64,000 nt of DNA from Ylistrum balloti (GCF_031769215.1 NW_026781961.1:1798001-1862000); one strand, 5' to 3'; numbered from the stretch's first letter, positions 1-14,809 are shown. Notes: generated by a model not told the origin, from the letters alone. Program-made: numbers and translations.

Positions 1-371
1 ATATCCTAACAAAGTTTACACAGCTCTTCATGGCCAAATGTTATCTATGAATGACATTTTATCACTGTTTTCATTCCATAAATATCTGTTCTATTCGATA
101 AGATAGACCTTTTTATTCATATCATGTCGCTATCTACATTTCATCATTTCCGAGTGAAATGATGATTTCTTCTTTAATTCTTAAATTAATTGTCTGAATT
201 TCGAGTAAAATAAATTTGAATTTCCTTAAATTGAAACTGTATTCATAATCTGAGAATTACTCTCGATTTTCGTGGGGAATTTGAAAGTTTTCATTGATTT
301 CATGGGTAATTTTAAACCACAAATTTAAATGTCCACAAAACGTTAGAATAAGTATATAATTGAGGTGTTCC

Positions 372-418
372 GTTGGGGGTGGGGTTGGGGGGGGGGGGGG
401 GGGGGGGGGAGGGGGGGC
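372..418 (+). repeat. Poly-G tract (G-quadruplex-prone)
   Basis: About 45 nt that are almost all G. Confidence 0.8.
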
Positions 419-3400
419 AGGACACATTATACAGATAGCCTTAATAATTACCAGGTAATGTAACTGGCTTAATTGCTGGATAAATGTTTTCTGTCCCGTA
501 TATATGTACTGTATATATGTGTATATTGTCCTGAATTGATCTCTACATACCTTTCTCATTATCATAGCTACTTTTTATCCAAAGGTAGCAGCTGTTTTAG
601 ACACAATGAACATAACATACAGTTTTATCTGTTTTCTTATATTTTGAATTCTTCCATCACTTGACATAAACCAGTTTTTACTCATTTTTAAGTTAGCATT
701 TTGAATTCTCAAAAAAAAAAAAAAAATGAAAACAATGCATGGCTGTGACCTAGATTTTAAAATGTTTCATTCATTGATGAAGAACCAATAACAAAGTATT
801 GCTAAGTTATGTTAGGTGTGAAAGGTTACTGTGTCATATGTGTTAATCATGTCTGAAATCAAATTACTTCCTTAATTTAACTTAAACTGATTTAATTAAA
901 ATCAAAATATCTTAATCTTTGTTGACACATTCATTTTAAATAACACGAAGATGAATGTTAAGCAGCGTAATCTGAATGAATTATGTAAATATGAATTTAC
1001 AATAAGAACAATTACCAGTACATGTTTGGTTTTAGAAGGACACTTCCAATGCAATAGAGCGCTGTGTAACATAACTGATATAAGCAGTCAAATTTCACAC
1101 AAAGTGAATCAATTTTACTCGTTGAAACGGTAAAGAACGGGACTTTATCTAAATGTCCAAAGAAATATTGTAATGGTTATTTCTGAAAGGAAACTACAAT
1201 AAAAAAAATCTAAATGGATATTTTGAAAATGAAATTAAAACGGAAAGTAATTGGCCTCTTTGTAAGTTTCGTGAAACAAATCACTTTTGCTTCATTTTTC
1301 AGAAAAACTATGAAAAAACCGAACCATAGAAAATCCTGAATGTCCATCTGAGTGAGTACAGATGAGACACCCAGTACATTTCCTTCCTGGTAAAACAGAT
1401 AAATGATACCTATCAGTTATCATCAAATAAATGAAATTGACCCTTGACCTTGTTATATTGGAGACTATAAACAAAATCTATGGTATAGAAACTTGACTCC
1501 ACAGCACTTAATAGTCACTAGCTTATACTATACAGTCATCAGAGATCCCAGTAAACACGTTTCAGTCCTTGGTGACTATTTAATCACGAATTTGACTTTG
1601 TTAGTTATTAGAAAACCGTTTTTTACACTGATTTCTTTTGGCCCCTTTTTGTCATCAATAGCAAACTCTCTATCAATAAAGAAATAAACGACTAAAATTT
1701 GTTACATGTTTCAATAGAAGGAAGTGAAAGCTTTTTGGCTTGAGTTCCCCTTCCTTCACTCTAAACCAGACAAATTATGTCTGGATTGTTTGCCTGATGT
1801 ACAGACTCAGGCCAGAGAAAGGTTATAATTGCATAACCCAGTGACACACATTCAGTACAGGTAATAAGTCTAAAACACCACAGCATTCCTTTTTGATTTT
1901 GACTGAAGACGTGTTATATACAAACCTGCCCATCAAATCATCAATTTTTCCTGTACTTGTCTTAGGATTTGTGCAGTATTGTATTTATAACATATTTGAA
2001 GTAACCAAGTTTTATTGTGTCTACAGAATATTGTACCTGTATTCACAATTTTTTTAAAAATATTTCTGTACATTGTTTAATTGAAATGTACACACAAAGT
2101 ATTACTAATGTAATTTTCAGAATCTTGAAAATAGTGTATTGTCAATATTACTATAGAGGTGTGGATTGAAAATGTATGATATGATGAATGGATTTATCTC
2201 AGTTTATGGCTGGCATATGAACTTCAATCTTTATTAAATATCATTTTGATTTAATTTAGATTTACAATTCATCTAAGATAATGCATTGTATATGGTAATT
2301 GATTTACTGATTGTCCAGCACTATTGCACATGAGTATGCTGTATATGAAATGTTTACTTTCCGATATTTCTTGTGACACAAGGAATAAAATAATATGAAT
2401 CTGCATGTTGTGTGGTTCATTAATGATCTGTCACCTGATTGAAAAATCATTTGGCCGACATAACGCCTCATGTCTTTTCTAAATTTGAAAATTTGAAAAA
2501 TGAGTTGTAGAACTTCTTTCTACCATAACCTTTTAATATAAAATTATATATATTGTGTACAGCATTTTTTCGCCCCTCATTGACACTTTCGTTAAGAATA
2601 CATCGTAGGTTGTCTGATTGGCTCATCAATATGCAAATAAGATCACCATGTCTCAGAAAAGTACATTAACCTTTGAACTTTAATGATCCAAAAATAGGAA
2701 CAAATTCTGAACATCAAAATTAGATTTTCACTCGTATTAGTAAATTGTGACTGAAATACATTCAATGCCAATCATTGTCAAGTAATATCATGACCATACT
2801 AAACATTTATGTGTGATGTTTCCATGACTACAGCTGTCACTTTCATTGACAAAATGGCCGACATTTTTCCAAAAGAACTTTTCTTCAAAAATGTTTCTTA
2901 TGATTTAACACTGCAAGTGTTACCATCTTATTATATAAAGTGAAACTGAACCATCTTGGGCAAGTCATCAAACCAATGTCAGGTATTTTATCTTATGATT
3001 TTGATAATAAAAAAATGCCATTTGCAAATATTCAAGTATAAGAAACATTTAATTCAAAATTTAAGGTAAACATTGAGAACTTTATCTATTTACGACAGTC
3101 CATATTGTCAAATCCTTATCTACATGAAATTTAAATGATGTCTGTATCAGATTTCCGTCGGTCACTATCACTAACAATTTTAACATTGAATTTGCATCAC
3201 AATATGAAAACAAGCAGGATCTATTAGAAAATTTAGATCTATTATCCAAACTCAAAATGTATTTTTAAGGGATTGTCTGTAATAATTACCATATATATCC
3301 TAGCTGTAATTATAAGCCCACAGGGCTAAGATATTATATATATTTATTTATAATGACTTAATACACACACAAGGAAATAATTGAATCCAACCTGCATGTA

Positions 3401-4589
3401 CATAATGCTGATTATGACAGTGCACTGCGTGACTTCATCTGAAATCTTATCTACTTTCTATAAATATATCAGGAACTTTTCATTTGATATTTTACTACAT
3501 TACATATCAGATACACATGTGAAAATTATAGCTCTGTACAGGTAAATCTTATTGTTTTGTATGGTAAACAACTTTCATCTCATAAACTCAATGAATTAGC
3601 ATCGTATTACTGTCAAAAGGTGACAGAAAAAAAACACTAGATGTAGATATAGAAATGCAGTTCGACTGATCACTTAACTGTTTAGAATATTAAACTATGA
3701 TTGACCCTTTCACCATTACACTCCTAGATCTAAATATATCCTTATTTATAATAATATACAGATATTGACACTTAATTCTCCACACATATAACTGCTGGAA
3801 ACAGTTATAAACTAAATTATATTTTAAGTCAAGTGTGTCATAGGACCACATTCATATCCCATGATTCATGTAGTTGTAGCTGATGAAAGCTTATAAGGAA
3901 AATTTCTATATATCTACTAAGCTACAAGACCATGTCTGCTAATAAGCCCACCCACGTCTATGACTGTTCAGTAACAATACTATTTCAGTCCTTACAACCT
4001 TTGATTCGAATTGTATGATACAAATTATATGTAAATTTATAGGATTACAATGGCAAAAAGATAATAATTATGTCATTCATGAAAATAGATGGTTACGTTA
4101 CATGTTAATACTTTAACACTTTATGTGAGCCATTTTTGTTGTCATGTTGAAAATATTCACCACAATTAGTGCATTACATTTCAAACTATGGTTGTAATTG
4201 ACAGACAGAAGTGGAAAAAGATCTGATATTGTGAAGCATAAAAACTTGACGTAAACTCACTGACTTTCCATACACAAAATTTAAACTATAACAGTGAAAC
4301 CTGTAGATGTAAATGACATCAGATTTCTACATCCTAATTTACCCAAATTTTAGATTTCTGAATCCTAACTTACCCAAGTCCTTGATTTCCCAAACAGAGT
4401 TGATTCCATTCCGTTTCTTTTACTTAATGTGAACAATTTATGTGTAGTATTGCAAGTGTGATGCAAATTATTATAGATAATCCTCAAAACATGTTTAATA
4501 CGTAGATGACGTCCGTGTAAGCTGAGGGGGCACTGATGAATGTGAATATTATCAGCCAGAATATTACATCTTTATCTACACTGGTCTGT

Positions 4590-5180
4590 TAGTAACAGGT
4601 GGTGTACCAGGTATTGTAATCAGATGTACCAGGTATGTAACAGGTGTAGCAGGTAATATAACAGGTGTAACAGGTAGTATAACAGGTAATATAACAGGTG
4701 TAACAGGTAATATAACAGGTGTAACAGGTAGTATAACAGGTGTAACAGGTAGTATAACAGGTGTAACAGGTAATATAACAGGTGTAACAGGTAGTATAAC
4801 AGGTGTAACAGGTAATATAACAGGTGTAACAGGTATTATAACAGGTGTAACAGGTATTATAACAGGTGTAACAGGTATTATAACAGGTGTAACAGGTATT
4901 ATAACAGGTGTAACAGGTAATATAACACGTGTAACAGGTAGTATAACAGGTGTAACAGGTAATATAACAGGTGTAACAGGTAGTATAACAGGTGTAACAG
5001 GTAATATAACAGGTAGTATAACAGGTGTAACAGGTAATATAACAGATGTAACAGGTAATATAACAGGTGTAACAGGTAGTATAACAGGTATTATAACAGA
5101 TGTAACAGGTATTATAACAGGTGTAACAGGTAGTATAACAGGTGTACCAGGTAATATAACAGGTATAACAGGTATAATTA
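4590..5180. repeat. Minisatellite, 21-bp unit ataacaggtgtaacaggt(agt/aat/att) built from 9/12-bp subunits
   Basis: Direct inspection; decayed continuation to about 5570. Confidence 0.95.
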
Positions 5181-5589
5181 TAGGTATTTTAATATCAATC
5201 ACAACAACATCAGAGTAGGTACTTTAATCTATTTAGCTGATTTGGTCTTGATGAGACCCAGAGAAGGTGATACCAGTAGGCGGTACTAAATAAATATTTC
5301 TGCCACGATTTTTCCAACTGCTCAATCACCCTGCATACCCCAGAGTATCCAGCTAACTTACCAATATGAACAGTGTTGGCTCAAATGCCTAAATTCTTCT
5401 AGGTATTTTAACATGTTTAAAGGTGTTACAACAGGTGAACTTGTGTTTTAACAGGTGTTACAACAGGTGTACAGATTTTTAACAGGTGTTATAACAAGTC
5501 TACTAGTCTTATAACAAGTGATCAGTGTTATAACAGGTGTACATGTTTTACAACAGGAGTACAGGTGTTGTATCACTGCACATGGGAAA

Positions 5590-5872
5590 ATAATAACACC
5601 GTACATGATGGAATAATAACACTGTACATGGAATTATAACATTGTACATGGTGGAATAATAACACCGTACATGGTGGAATAATAACAATGTACATGGTGG
5701 AATAATAACTCTGTACATGGTGGTGGAATAATAACACCGTACATGGTGGAATAATAACACTGTACATGGTGGAATATTTACATAACACCGTACATGGTGG
5801 AATAATAACACCGTACATGGTGGAATAATAACACCGTACATGGTGGAATAATAACACTGTACATAGTGGAAT
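5590..5872. repeat. Minisatellite, 23-bp unit ggaataataacaccgtacatggt, about 12 copies
   Basis: Direct inspection. Confidence 0.93.
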
Positions 5873-7636
5873 AAATAAATCATTCCTATTAATTCCTAAT
5901 TAGTTTATAAATTAAGTGTCACTTTTCTTCCGAACATTTTTTATCTTATATTTAGTCAATAACATGAATTGTACATTTTGATATAACAGATCACTGATTT
6001 CTAACTAAAGATATGCATAAAAGGCTTAATTAAAAAGGAAAGTTGAAAATTCAAAATGTATATTCCAAAAGTAAACAAGTAATAGATAAAGAATTTAGTC
6101 GGAAGACAGAATGAACTAGAGAAGGGACAAAAAAGGAAGTGCGGTAATATCATACACTGGAAAAGATTGTGGAGTGACTTCAGTATTACAATAATAAAGA
6201 GCAGAAATTTAATTTAATTACCTTTAACAGTAGTGACAAGCAGCTTTCCATATGCATGTGTAATATTTTTGTAAGAAAATTCTGCATCCTAGATAAACAT
6301 AAAATCCCTCTGTCGCTGTGTTCACGGTTGTATTAAATGTATCCGAACACGTACAGACTTCTTTATCCACAGCAGTAATAGGTAGATACTGGTTGTAGCT
6401 AGTTTCTGTCACATTTAAACACAAATAATTGTACAACAGAAATCTAATCCTTAAACACTATGGTCTCTTCCTGACAGCTGTAAAATCCAGGTCTCTCTGT
6501 GTTTTTAGAACACAATGTTGATACCCTGTGTTATAACAGAGATGTTTCTGTATTTTGTTTTAAATGTCCTTGCTCCTGTAGTGTTAGACCTAAACACTGA
6601 ATCTCATTGTACGTTTTAAGAGTAAATTTTCTCCTTCGTCAAAATCACAAACGTTCTTTGTACATATTATCAGTACAACTGACTTACTGTATAACACACA
6701 CACACACACACGTCCTAGAGTGTGTTAATGACTATAATATATGATGTGTATAATTGCCGTTCTGTGTCCTATACATCCTTACGTGACACTCAGGCATGTC
6801 AACATAGAGGCCCCCCAATCCCATATATACTCTGTCTCAGTCGTCTGAATCACCGGACAATCGTGGGGTTAAGTCTCATCCGTCATTCACTATTCGGATA
6901 TCCTTTGTGAAAAGTTTCTCCTTTCACTGTTGACGTTTGTAATTTTTTTACTTATTTACAGGTAAATAAGTTACAACTAGGATTGGCGATTATATCACGG
7001 GTGTGTGTGTATTTTACAGGTGAACCTTAAGGGTATTTTTAAATCTGAGGTGACTGCACCAGAAGTAAAGTTACCTTGTCGATCAGGTACACCATATCTA
7101 TTTTATATCATTGGCAGACATTAATGATATACAACACCTGTGGCTATGTCATACCCATACCAGTGAAGTAAACACACCCATCAACATATTAAATAAACAA
7201 GGCAAAACATTACTTTTTGTACTCATAGATTCTGTCTAATTTGAAGATTAACACAATCTGCATGTCACGATAATAACAAAATTTTAGTTGATGATTTTTT
7301 TCGTGAGAAACATGCATATGATGATGATCGTGTATGTGATATTTTTAAATGACGTGAACGTGTTTGTACCCGAGAAAGGTGACTATTGAACACACCTACA
7401 GAACTGTTATTACTGTTAATCATAGACATATCAATTTCACAATCACAATCAAAACAATATTTGTTTATGCCTATTTACTCCCACCCAAAAATTCCATGTT
7501 CTTTTTAACTTCATAAGTTTACATTTTATCATTTAAATTCATAAACTAATAAAACTACATTTTAGTCCGGTTTAAGAACATGAAATTTCCATTCCACAAA
7601 CAGTGGTACTGTAAATATCTGGAAATAAGCTTATAC

Positions 7637-7702
7637 CTTGTGATAAGTCCATTCATATTGCTATCAAAAGTAGTTTTCAGAATCGCTAATTCACTAACTG
7701 TC
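7637..7702 (-). CDS. Candidate internal exon (TVSELAILKTTFDSNMNGLITR)
   Basis: ttattacAG acceptor and AG|GTATAA donor, 66 nt open, phase 2/2; linkage to gene A not established. Confidence 0.3.
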
Positions 7703-8555
7703 CTGTAATAAGCCAATCCCTTCACTCTGCAGGGTTAGAATTTGTGCCCTGGATTCCCTGAACCTTCTGGACTTAATGTTCTACAGGATAACAATGGTAC
7801 CTATTACATTATCAAACCATTATGTTTGTCTTCTAATGATCATGCAAATAGCTACAAGGTTTAATTGTAAAGACTGAGTTCTGTTGGGATCATGTTCCAC
7901 AATTATATTAAGACTTTATAAGTGATGGGGTTTACGTTTAATTAAAGTACAGTCTGACAGGAAAGGAAACATCTAATGATGAAGAGCTAACTTCACATTT
8001 ACCTCACAAGTACTTAACGGACTCTTGTTTTATTTTTAAACAATTCATTTTTTGTTATCATGGGCGAATATAAAACTATTAATTTCCCGGGGAGATTTAT
8101 TTTCAATGATTTCATGCGTAATTCCTGATCCAGGAATAATGATATGTCCACAGACTGTCAATCTGGGTATTGATAAAGTAGATTTATAGAGCTAAATATA
8201 ACGAAGATAACAAGTATCCACGAAATAGATATTTAAAAAAAAAAATAAATAAATAAAAAGAGAGCCCAACAAAATTATGCAATATACTGTTAACCTACAT
8301 TTATTAGTAGTAATCTTATTTCAGCTTTTTTTTTTGCTTTTTTTTGAGCAGGACAAAATGGTCTGGTAAAGAACCTGTACATTAAGCACAGCATAATCAT
8401 ACAACAGTTTCTTTAAAACACCCTTTTCAACAAATTTGGGAAAGGGTATTTTTATCTCATTTAGGGAAAAACTGATCATTTGGAAAGGAAATTTTAAGGC
8501 CGGAACAATCTTGGGAATTAAACCATATTATGAAATAAATCCTATTGGGAGTGAG

Positions 8556-8835
8556 CACAGGCACTCGAGGCCAGGATATTATTTTTTAAACGTTGATTTT
8601 TGTTTTAGCACTCATGACTGACGTTATTTAAACGAAATATCAGCAGAATTCAAGTTTATGTGCCGGTTGACAAATCCGAGGTCCACGGTCATTAAAAATA
8701 CACCGTGGACCTCGGATTTGTCAACCGGCACATAAACTTGAATTCTGCTGATATTTCGTTTAAATAACGTCAGTCATGAGTGCTAAAACAAAAATCAACG
8801 TTTAAAAAATAATATCCTGGCCTCGAGTGCCTGTG
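8556..8835. mobile_element. Foldback MITE: perfect 134-bp inverted arms, 12-nt spacer, 8-bp TSD
   Basis: 8556-8689 is the exact reverse complement of 8702-8835; GGAGTGAG flanks both sides (8548-8555 and 8836-8843). Confidence 0.9.
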
Positions 8836-9789
8836 GGAGTGAGGCCCATATTTGGTCCTACCACTAGTAACAGCCTCATCTGTCTCAATGGTCCTTGAGC
8901 CCTCAGCAAAAGCTCTCCTTTATGTAGTTAAAGATATATTACAACAATAATGGTAGATATGTGTCCAAATTTTAAAAATGTGCTAATTCACCAAAAAATG
9001 ATAATGCATTGAAATTATATTAAGCCAAATTCAGCATGTCATTTACAGTATGCAATAACATCATTTTCTACAGGTGACAAAGAATATGTGACTGCATACC
9101 CTGCCAATAACCTGAATGATGAATTTGTACAGTCTGCTAAACCATTATAATGGGCATGATTATACTGATAAAATACCATCAATTTAAGCAATCCTTTAAC
9201 AAGTTATACTTCTGGAACTGTTTCTTGGATATGAATTATCTCCCCTTGACTGTAAAAAAAAGCCTTGACATTCATATTTTCTGAATGACAGAGGTATGAC
9301 TGTTTATATTTACTGAGCAGTACAAACAAAATATGACCATATAAATAACACAAACATATATAATGCTGCTTGGTAAATGATAAAACAACACTTTCAATTA
9401 TGCCAAAAACTGATTTCTAGTTCCCTTCAAAATGAACAGGTTTTTTATCACATTACTAGGATGTGTCATGTCAACTGGGTCCAAATTAATGGATTTATCT
9501 AGATTGATAACATTACATCGTTGTAATTAAGTCTTTACAATACGGATACTACAACTGTATAAATTTGTCAAGATCTCCTGAGCTAACCTTGATTCAGAGA
9601 TCAATATCATTAAACAATTATCAGCTGTATTCAGGAGTGCAACTGACCTAAATAATTAGTTCAGTTAAGACAGCAACTACACAATGGTACAAATGCATTT
9701 GATATTACAATAAAGGAGATCAATTATTAAGAAATATTCTGATTTAATATAAATATAAACTTTATTTATCTTACAACAATTGCAAAACA

Positions 9790-9907
9790 GGGAAAACCTA
9801 CGTGGTCGGACAGGTGACCCCTTACCTTTTCACATCCGTTCCGGGAATCAAACCCCGGTCGGCTAGGTGAAAGGCGAGTGTATTACCACTGCGCCACCCG
9901 ACCACCC
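9790..9907 (-). mobile_element. tRNA-derived SINE (Glu-like TTC loop)
   Basis: A-box TGGCGCAGTGG and B-box GGTTTGATTCC, no acceptor stem; decayed relative at about 46215-46352. Confidence 0.75.
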
Positions 9908-10524
9908 TGATTTCTTATTTCTACGGCTGTCATACACAGAACATGTGCAATATTGGTTTTGTTCTGACAGAACTAATGATGCTCTACTGGTGTAAAATTT
10001 TCTTTAAATGTTTTGATTAATACAAATCTTGTTCTATCTGATTGCATGAGACATAAATTCAAGTTTAACAACATTTAAGTCCTGTTTTGATACATATCTA
10101 GTTCAAGAGAAGAAACAACAAGTTTATTTTCATAACAACAGCCATCTTGAAAGAAGCATCAGAAATTTTTCTCAAATTTAATGAATTTTATATAAGACTG
10201 TGATCCATTTTTACAGCCTTGTCACCATAAACCTTTCTGTTTCTCTTAAGCAGAAGCAGATAGGAAGCAGAAGTTCTTGAAAGGATTTAATCCTCATAAA
10301 AAATAATTAAAAAGAAAAAAAAAAATGAAATATTGTTTTACTTAGGGTTAGGGTAACACACAAATTTCAGGAATATAAAATTCCCATTGAGCTTTATCTT
10401 CAGAAGTCACCAGATTTAATTTCTCCAAGGATTAGAAAAAAAACATTTTTTCAACTTGGGCAGTTGAATAATTCTGTTTACTGACAGTTTCACTGTACAT
10501 CATCCAATCAAATAATAAACAGCC

Positions 10525-10590
10525 TGGCAGGTAAATAGCCCATCTATTAAGTAGTGAGGTCCTTGGTTCGAATCCCAGCAGAAGCAATCA
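10525..10590 (+). mobile_element. Decayed tRNA-derived SINE head
   Basis: GGTTCGAATCCC B-box with a degraded A-box region. Confidence 0.45.
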
Positions 10591-12881
10591 AAGTAATGGA
10601 GACCCATGTTACAAAAAAACAAATATATAGTATTTCATTGTCTTGCATCAAGCAGATTGTGACTTTATGAAAGAATCTTTGTTATAAAATTAAGCTGAAG
10701 TACTCAATATTTCTTCTGAGTTCATCATGAGCACAACAATTAAATTTAAAATAAACAACAGGAAAGACAATTTAGATAAAAACATCTTGTGTATTAATAT
10801 TCCTAACAGAAATATCTCCAGGCAGCTCCAGTTATGATCACAAAAGTGATATATCGGTCATCCTATTTATAGATATAAACAAGAAAAGAAGAGTTCTGAT
10901 TGATTCAAAACAACAATGCATCATATAATGATGTCACCGTCACCATATCACGTCAGCCATGAAAGAATAGCCTAAGGAGAGAGTAGATACACTACCCAGC
11001 CGTGATACTAACGTCGTTCACAGGGATATCAATCATAGAAAATAATGTCTTCTAATCAACAATCAGGCTTTTATCTTAATAGTGAGACAAAAGCTTTTAT
11101 GTTAACACAGTCCACTATCAAGAAATTAACATCAAGCAGCATGTTGTGTTTCATGTATATGTGTGTATCTAAGACATGAAAAAAAGACATTTATCTGTAA
11201 CCTCAAACCAAGAATTTAAATGAAATGTAAATACAGGTTCTATTTTTGGTACACAATAACAAAAAGTGAAAATTTACCATCTGACTGGAATATATAACAA
11301 AGGACAAAGGGGGTATACATCTTTACATAATGTGAACATAAACATTAATACTACTGGTCCCAATGCCAAAACTCACATAAAAAAACAAACTATTACATAA
11401 TTAAAGGCCCATAACTCCTTATGATGACGATCGTATGATCCAATTTCAGAACGTTCTGAATATTGTAAAAGGTTACATTAACATGTCTATACATGGACAA
11501 AGCTAGTACAGCACATTACTATTGTTACTGCAACTCTACACCAACATCCACAAAAACTCTCATATGTTAAATTTGGCAGGTAATGTATGGTTAATTACAT
11601 AAGGAACATGTTCCAAACAGATGATCAGGTTACAGGTGAGACAGGCAAAAGACACTGATTTTGATGGCTGAGATTTTTTCATTTCGTAATATTTATTTTC
11701 TATACATTATACAACATCATCATGGTTTCAAAACAAGCTGTAATTCTGCTTCAGGGCAAATTATGGGTCACATCAAAGAACATATGTGTTGTATATTAAA
11801 GGGAATGATATTTGGGAAGTACAAAACGGCGCAGCACATAGGACCAGGCAAGGGTAGCTTGCATAGTAGGAGTAGGATTTTAAAGAATTTGCTCTGTTTC
11901 CCCATTGGTCCCTGCCCCTCCCATCCCAGGGGGCCAAGACCTTCTGTTTATACAAAATTGATTCTCCTAAATCTAGCAATGCTTCCGACCAAATTAGATC
12001 AAAATCCAATGATTCCTAGAGGAGAAGTAGGATTTTAAAATTTCCTGTTTCAGGCACCTATTCCTCAGCCGTTTGGAGATTGAGACAAATCATTTGTAAG
12101 AAATTTGTTCCCTCTTTCTCCAAGGATACTTCTGACTAAATCTGGTCAAAATCCTCAAAGTCTTCTATAAATACATGTAGAAGGAAGTTTTAGGAGAAAA
12201 GGTTCGTACGGAGGATGGACACTTCGTGCAGTAAGGCATAACTTCACCACTTTGCATAGAGCTGAGGCACTTAAACTACAGATAACTCCTGGTCAAGAAC
12301 ATACATTTAACAATTATGCAGCATATGTACTGAACAATTTTCCAATGTCCATCTCTGTGATTTACCTGTACTGTTACATTAACAGATTAACTGTTATTCC
12401 TGGGGTCGCTGACCACAGCAAAAGGATGGTGACAAACAAGGCTATCATATGTCACTTTTCTAGTATTTATTTGCACAATTAGCAAACATGAGTACCACCG
12501 ACCTAGGAGATGTCATAAACACTTGTTTGGACAAATTTTATATATTTCTGTGAAAGTTTTACATATTGTGTCTGTAAATGATTATAATTTCATTTGAATG
12601 CTTAAAATTGTTTACACTTTTTTTTATAATTTTATAAAGCAAGTAAAATGATCATTGTGTACTGATAGAATCAACATACCTTTGACAGGTACCAGAAATA
12701 TAGAATCTACCTGATTCTGAAGTGAATATTATCTGTATCTCAGAACTATTGGGACTTCAGTTACCTGGGATTGATCTTTATAATCACTCTTCATTTTGTG
12801 ACTTCGTAAACACATCTGTCTCTTTACAAATTTCAATAATATGACCGATAGTTTCTAAACAGCTTATCAACCAATGCATAC

Positions 12882-12945
12882 CAATATGTACTTCTAATAT
12901 CAAAACCGTATTCTTGTCTGTTATGTTGGCATTTTCTAGCAGACC
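12882..12945 (-). CDS. Candidate next exon of gene A (GLLENANITDKNTVLILEVHI-G)
   Basis: ctctacttactgttAG acceptor, phase 0 matches the previous donor; G|GTATGC donor. The frame also stays open to a TGA at about 12785 if the exon is terminal. Confidence 0.4.
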
Positions 12946-14809
12946 CTAACAGTAAGTAGAGAATGAATGATAGTGTCTTCAGTGATAACAAACATATTTC
13001 ACAAGTGTGTCTTTCCCGAGAGCACAGCACCAGTGAAAGATACAAAAAATATTAAACACACAAATGAAATATTTTTGTTATTACTGATGACACTAATAAA
13101 TATTCTATTTATTACATTTTCATTAGCAAAAATAGCCAAATTACTGGCATATTTAGGGCAGAGATAAAAGGTCGAAGCTGATTAAGCTTTTCCTGGACAC
13201 TACTCGTTCATCATAACTTCACAGTACATGTCAATGTAATTTTTTCATATTCACTGTTAATAATGTCACTAACAGACAAAATCTGCTGAGAGAGTTTAAC
13301 CTGTGACAAGTTACTACACAGCTGAAAATATGGCGGCAACCTTAAGCTGTCGCTGTTGATGATAATGAATACTCTTGAAAGGCTAGCACTGCTTTTAAGA
13401 CGTTCGGTTGGGGTTTCGGTTTAATTTCTAATAAGGTAATACCAGGTATGTGTTGCCATGTTTGCTGTCTTCCATGAAAATGAAAGTTTACCATGGAATT
13501 AAAGATTATGTTACTAGTAAACAATCTCTTAAGGTTTCTGGTTTTGTGTTTCTTGTACCGGGCTTTATGATTCGTCAATTTTCTAAATTGATTTGTGTTC
13601 TCTCTTTTCATTGGTGTAAGTCTATGAAAGTGCTAGAGAAAAATAACAAGTTATTTTTCAATAGTGAAAAATAACACTTTTATAAATGAGATATTTCTCT
13701 ATACTTCCCAAACAAGAATGTAATAAAATTGTTTTCTAGAAAGTAAACATGTAAAACCATTTCTATCTATAAAGAAATTTTATCAGCACAATGTCATATT
13801 TTTCCAAGAGAGTTATAACAGCATATTTCATTATATTCCATATCCTGTGTAAATTTGGAAGAAAAGTACATTCATTCCATAATGGTTTGCTTTATACAGA
13901 TGTATCAACATAACTTATAAGCTATTTGTAAAATTTTAAACTGTTAAAGTAAAAGATGTAGAATATGTGAAACATATGCATAAATTTTGGTATTTGTGAA
14001 ACAACCATCGTCACATTTTGTACTTTAGTATCAGACCAGCAGTTCATACTAAATTCAATTGAGTTTGTTTATCCAAATGACAAATTTCAACACTTACACT
14101 TGCAAATTTTTTTACGAGAAATGCTTTTGTCACTTTGATCGCATCTGTACCAATCAACATGTGCGCATGCTGATATCTTTCCACTCATGCGTTACATTAC
14201 ACCTGCCAAGTAAAGCGCGGCAACCGATCACTACACGCTGCACCATCAACAAGACAGCAAAACTATTTACTATTCTGTTGGTTGCTTTATCCTCTGCATA
14301 ACATGATATGCAAAACTGTATTTGTCTATCAACATCATCATAGTTACTGTTAGTGATTTCTTAAAAAAATTTACTTTTCACAACTCCATTCTTTCAGCTT
14401 TTCACCTCTGTATTTACACATATCACAAAAATTGATCTAAACAGTTTAAATTATCAAAAGAAAATCCGTTAAAGGTTTTTAAAAAATGGAATTAAACAGG
14501 TGTTTTGACTGTTCCATGACTACATATGTATTAATGGCTGACTTTCAAGAATCAGTGTACCATGTGTAGTGATATTACATGCAATTCCATCAGCCTCATT
14601 ATTGCCACAAAATATGCATACAAATCACAGCAACTGTAGCATCATATTAGTGGAAAAAAATATATGATAAAAGCTCATGTCATATGTTCTTTCTAATGTA
14701 CACAGAATGGCAAAAGAATTTTTAAAGAAAGAGTCAATATAGTATACTGAAGTGTTGTCACAGGTTTTCGAGTTTGTCTAGATACGGAGGTGATTATGGT
14801 TGTCTTCTA

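Noticed and set aside
257-565. Poly-Pro ORF
   Set aside because: It is a translation of the poly-G tract
3878-3905. CTGATGA...GAAA hammerhead candidate
   Set aside because: No credible stem II or cleavage-site context; the same applies to the motifs at about 22150-22170 (minus), about 55092 and about 63607
4576-5883. ORFs 4576-5202, 5548-5883 and 5573-5857
   Set aside because: They are translations of stop-free minisatellites (PV/PVT and PPCTV repeats), with no other coding support
6224-6910. Several short minus-strand exon candidates
   Set aside because: Multiple mutually incompatible frames are equally plausible and none can be supported from sequence alone
9838-9907. Intact tRNA-Glu gene
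   Set aside because: The acceptor stem does not pair and the sequence continues into a repeat body with a second copy, so it is a SINE
10340-10425. Candidate gene A exon KLNLVTSEDKAQWEFYIPEI
   Set aside because: It needs a rare GAG acceptor, has no good donor, and its phase does not match the preceding candidate exon
13342-13674. 89-aa and 74-aa ORFs near an AATATGGCGG motif
   Set aside because: No recognisable domain or consistent splice structure; a promoter-like motif alone is insufficient
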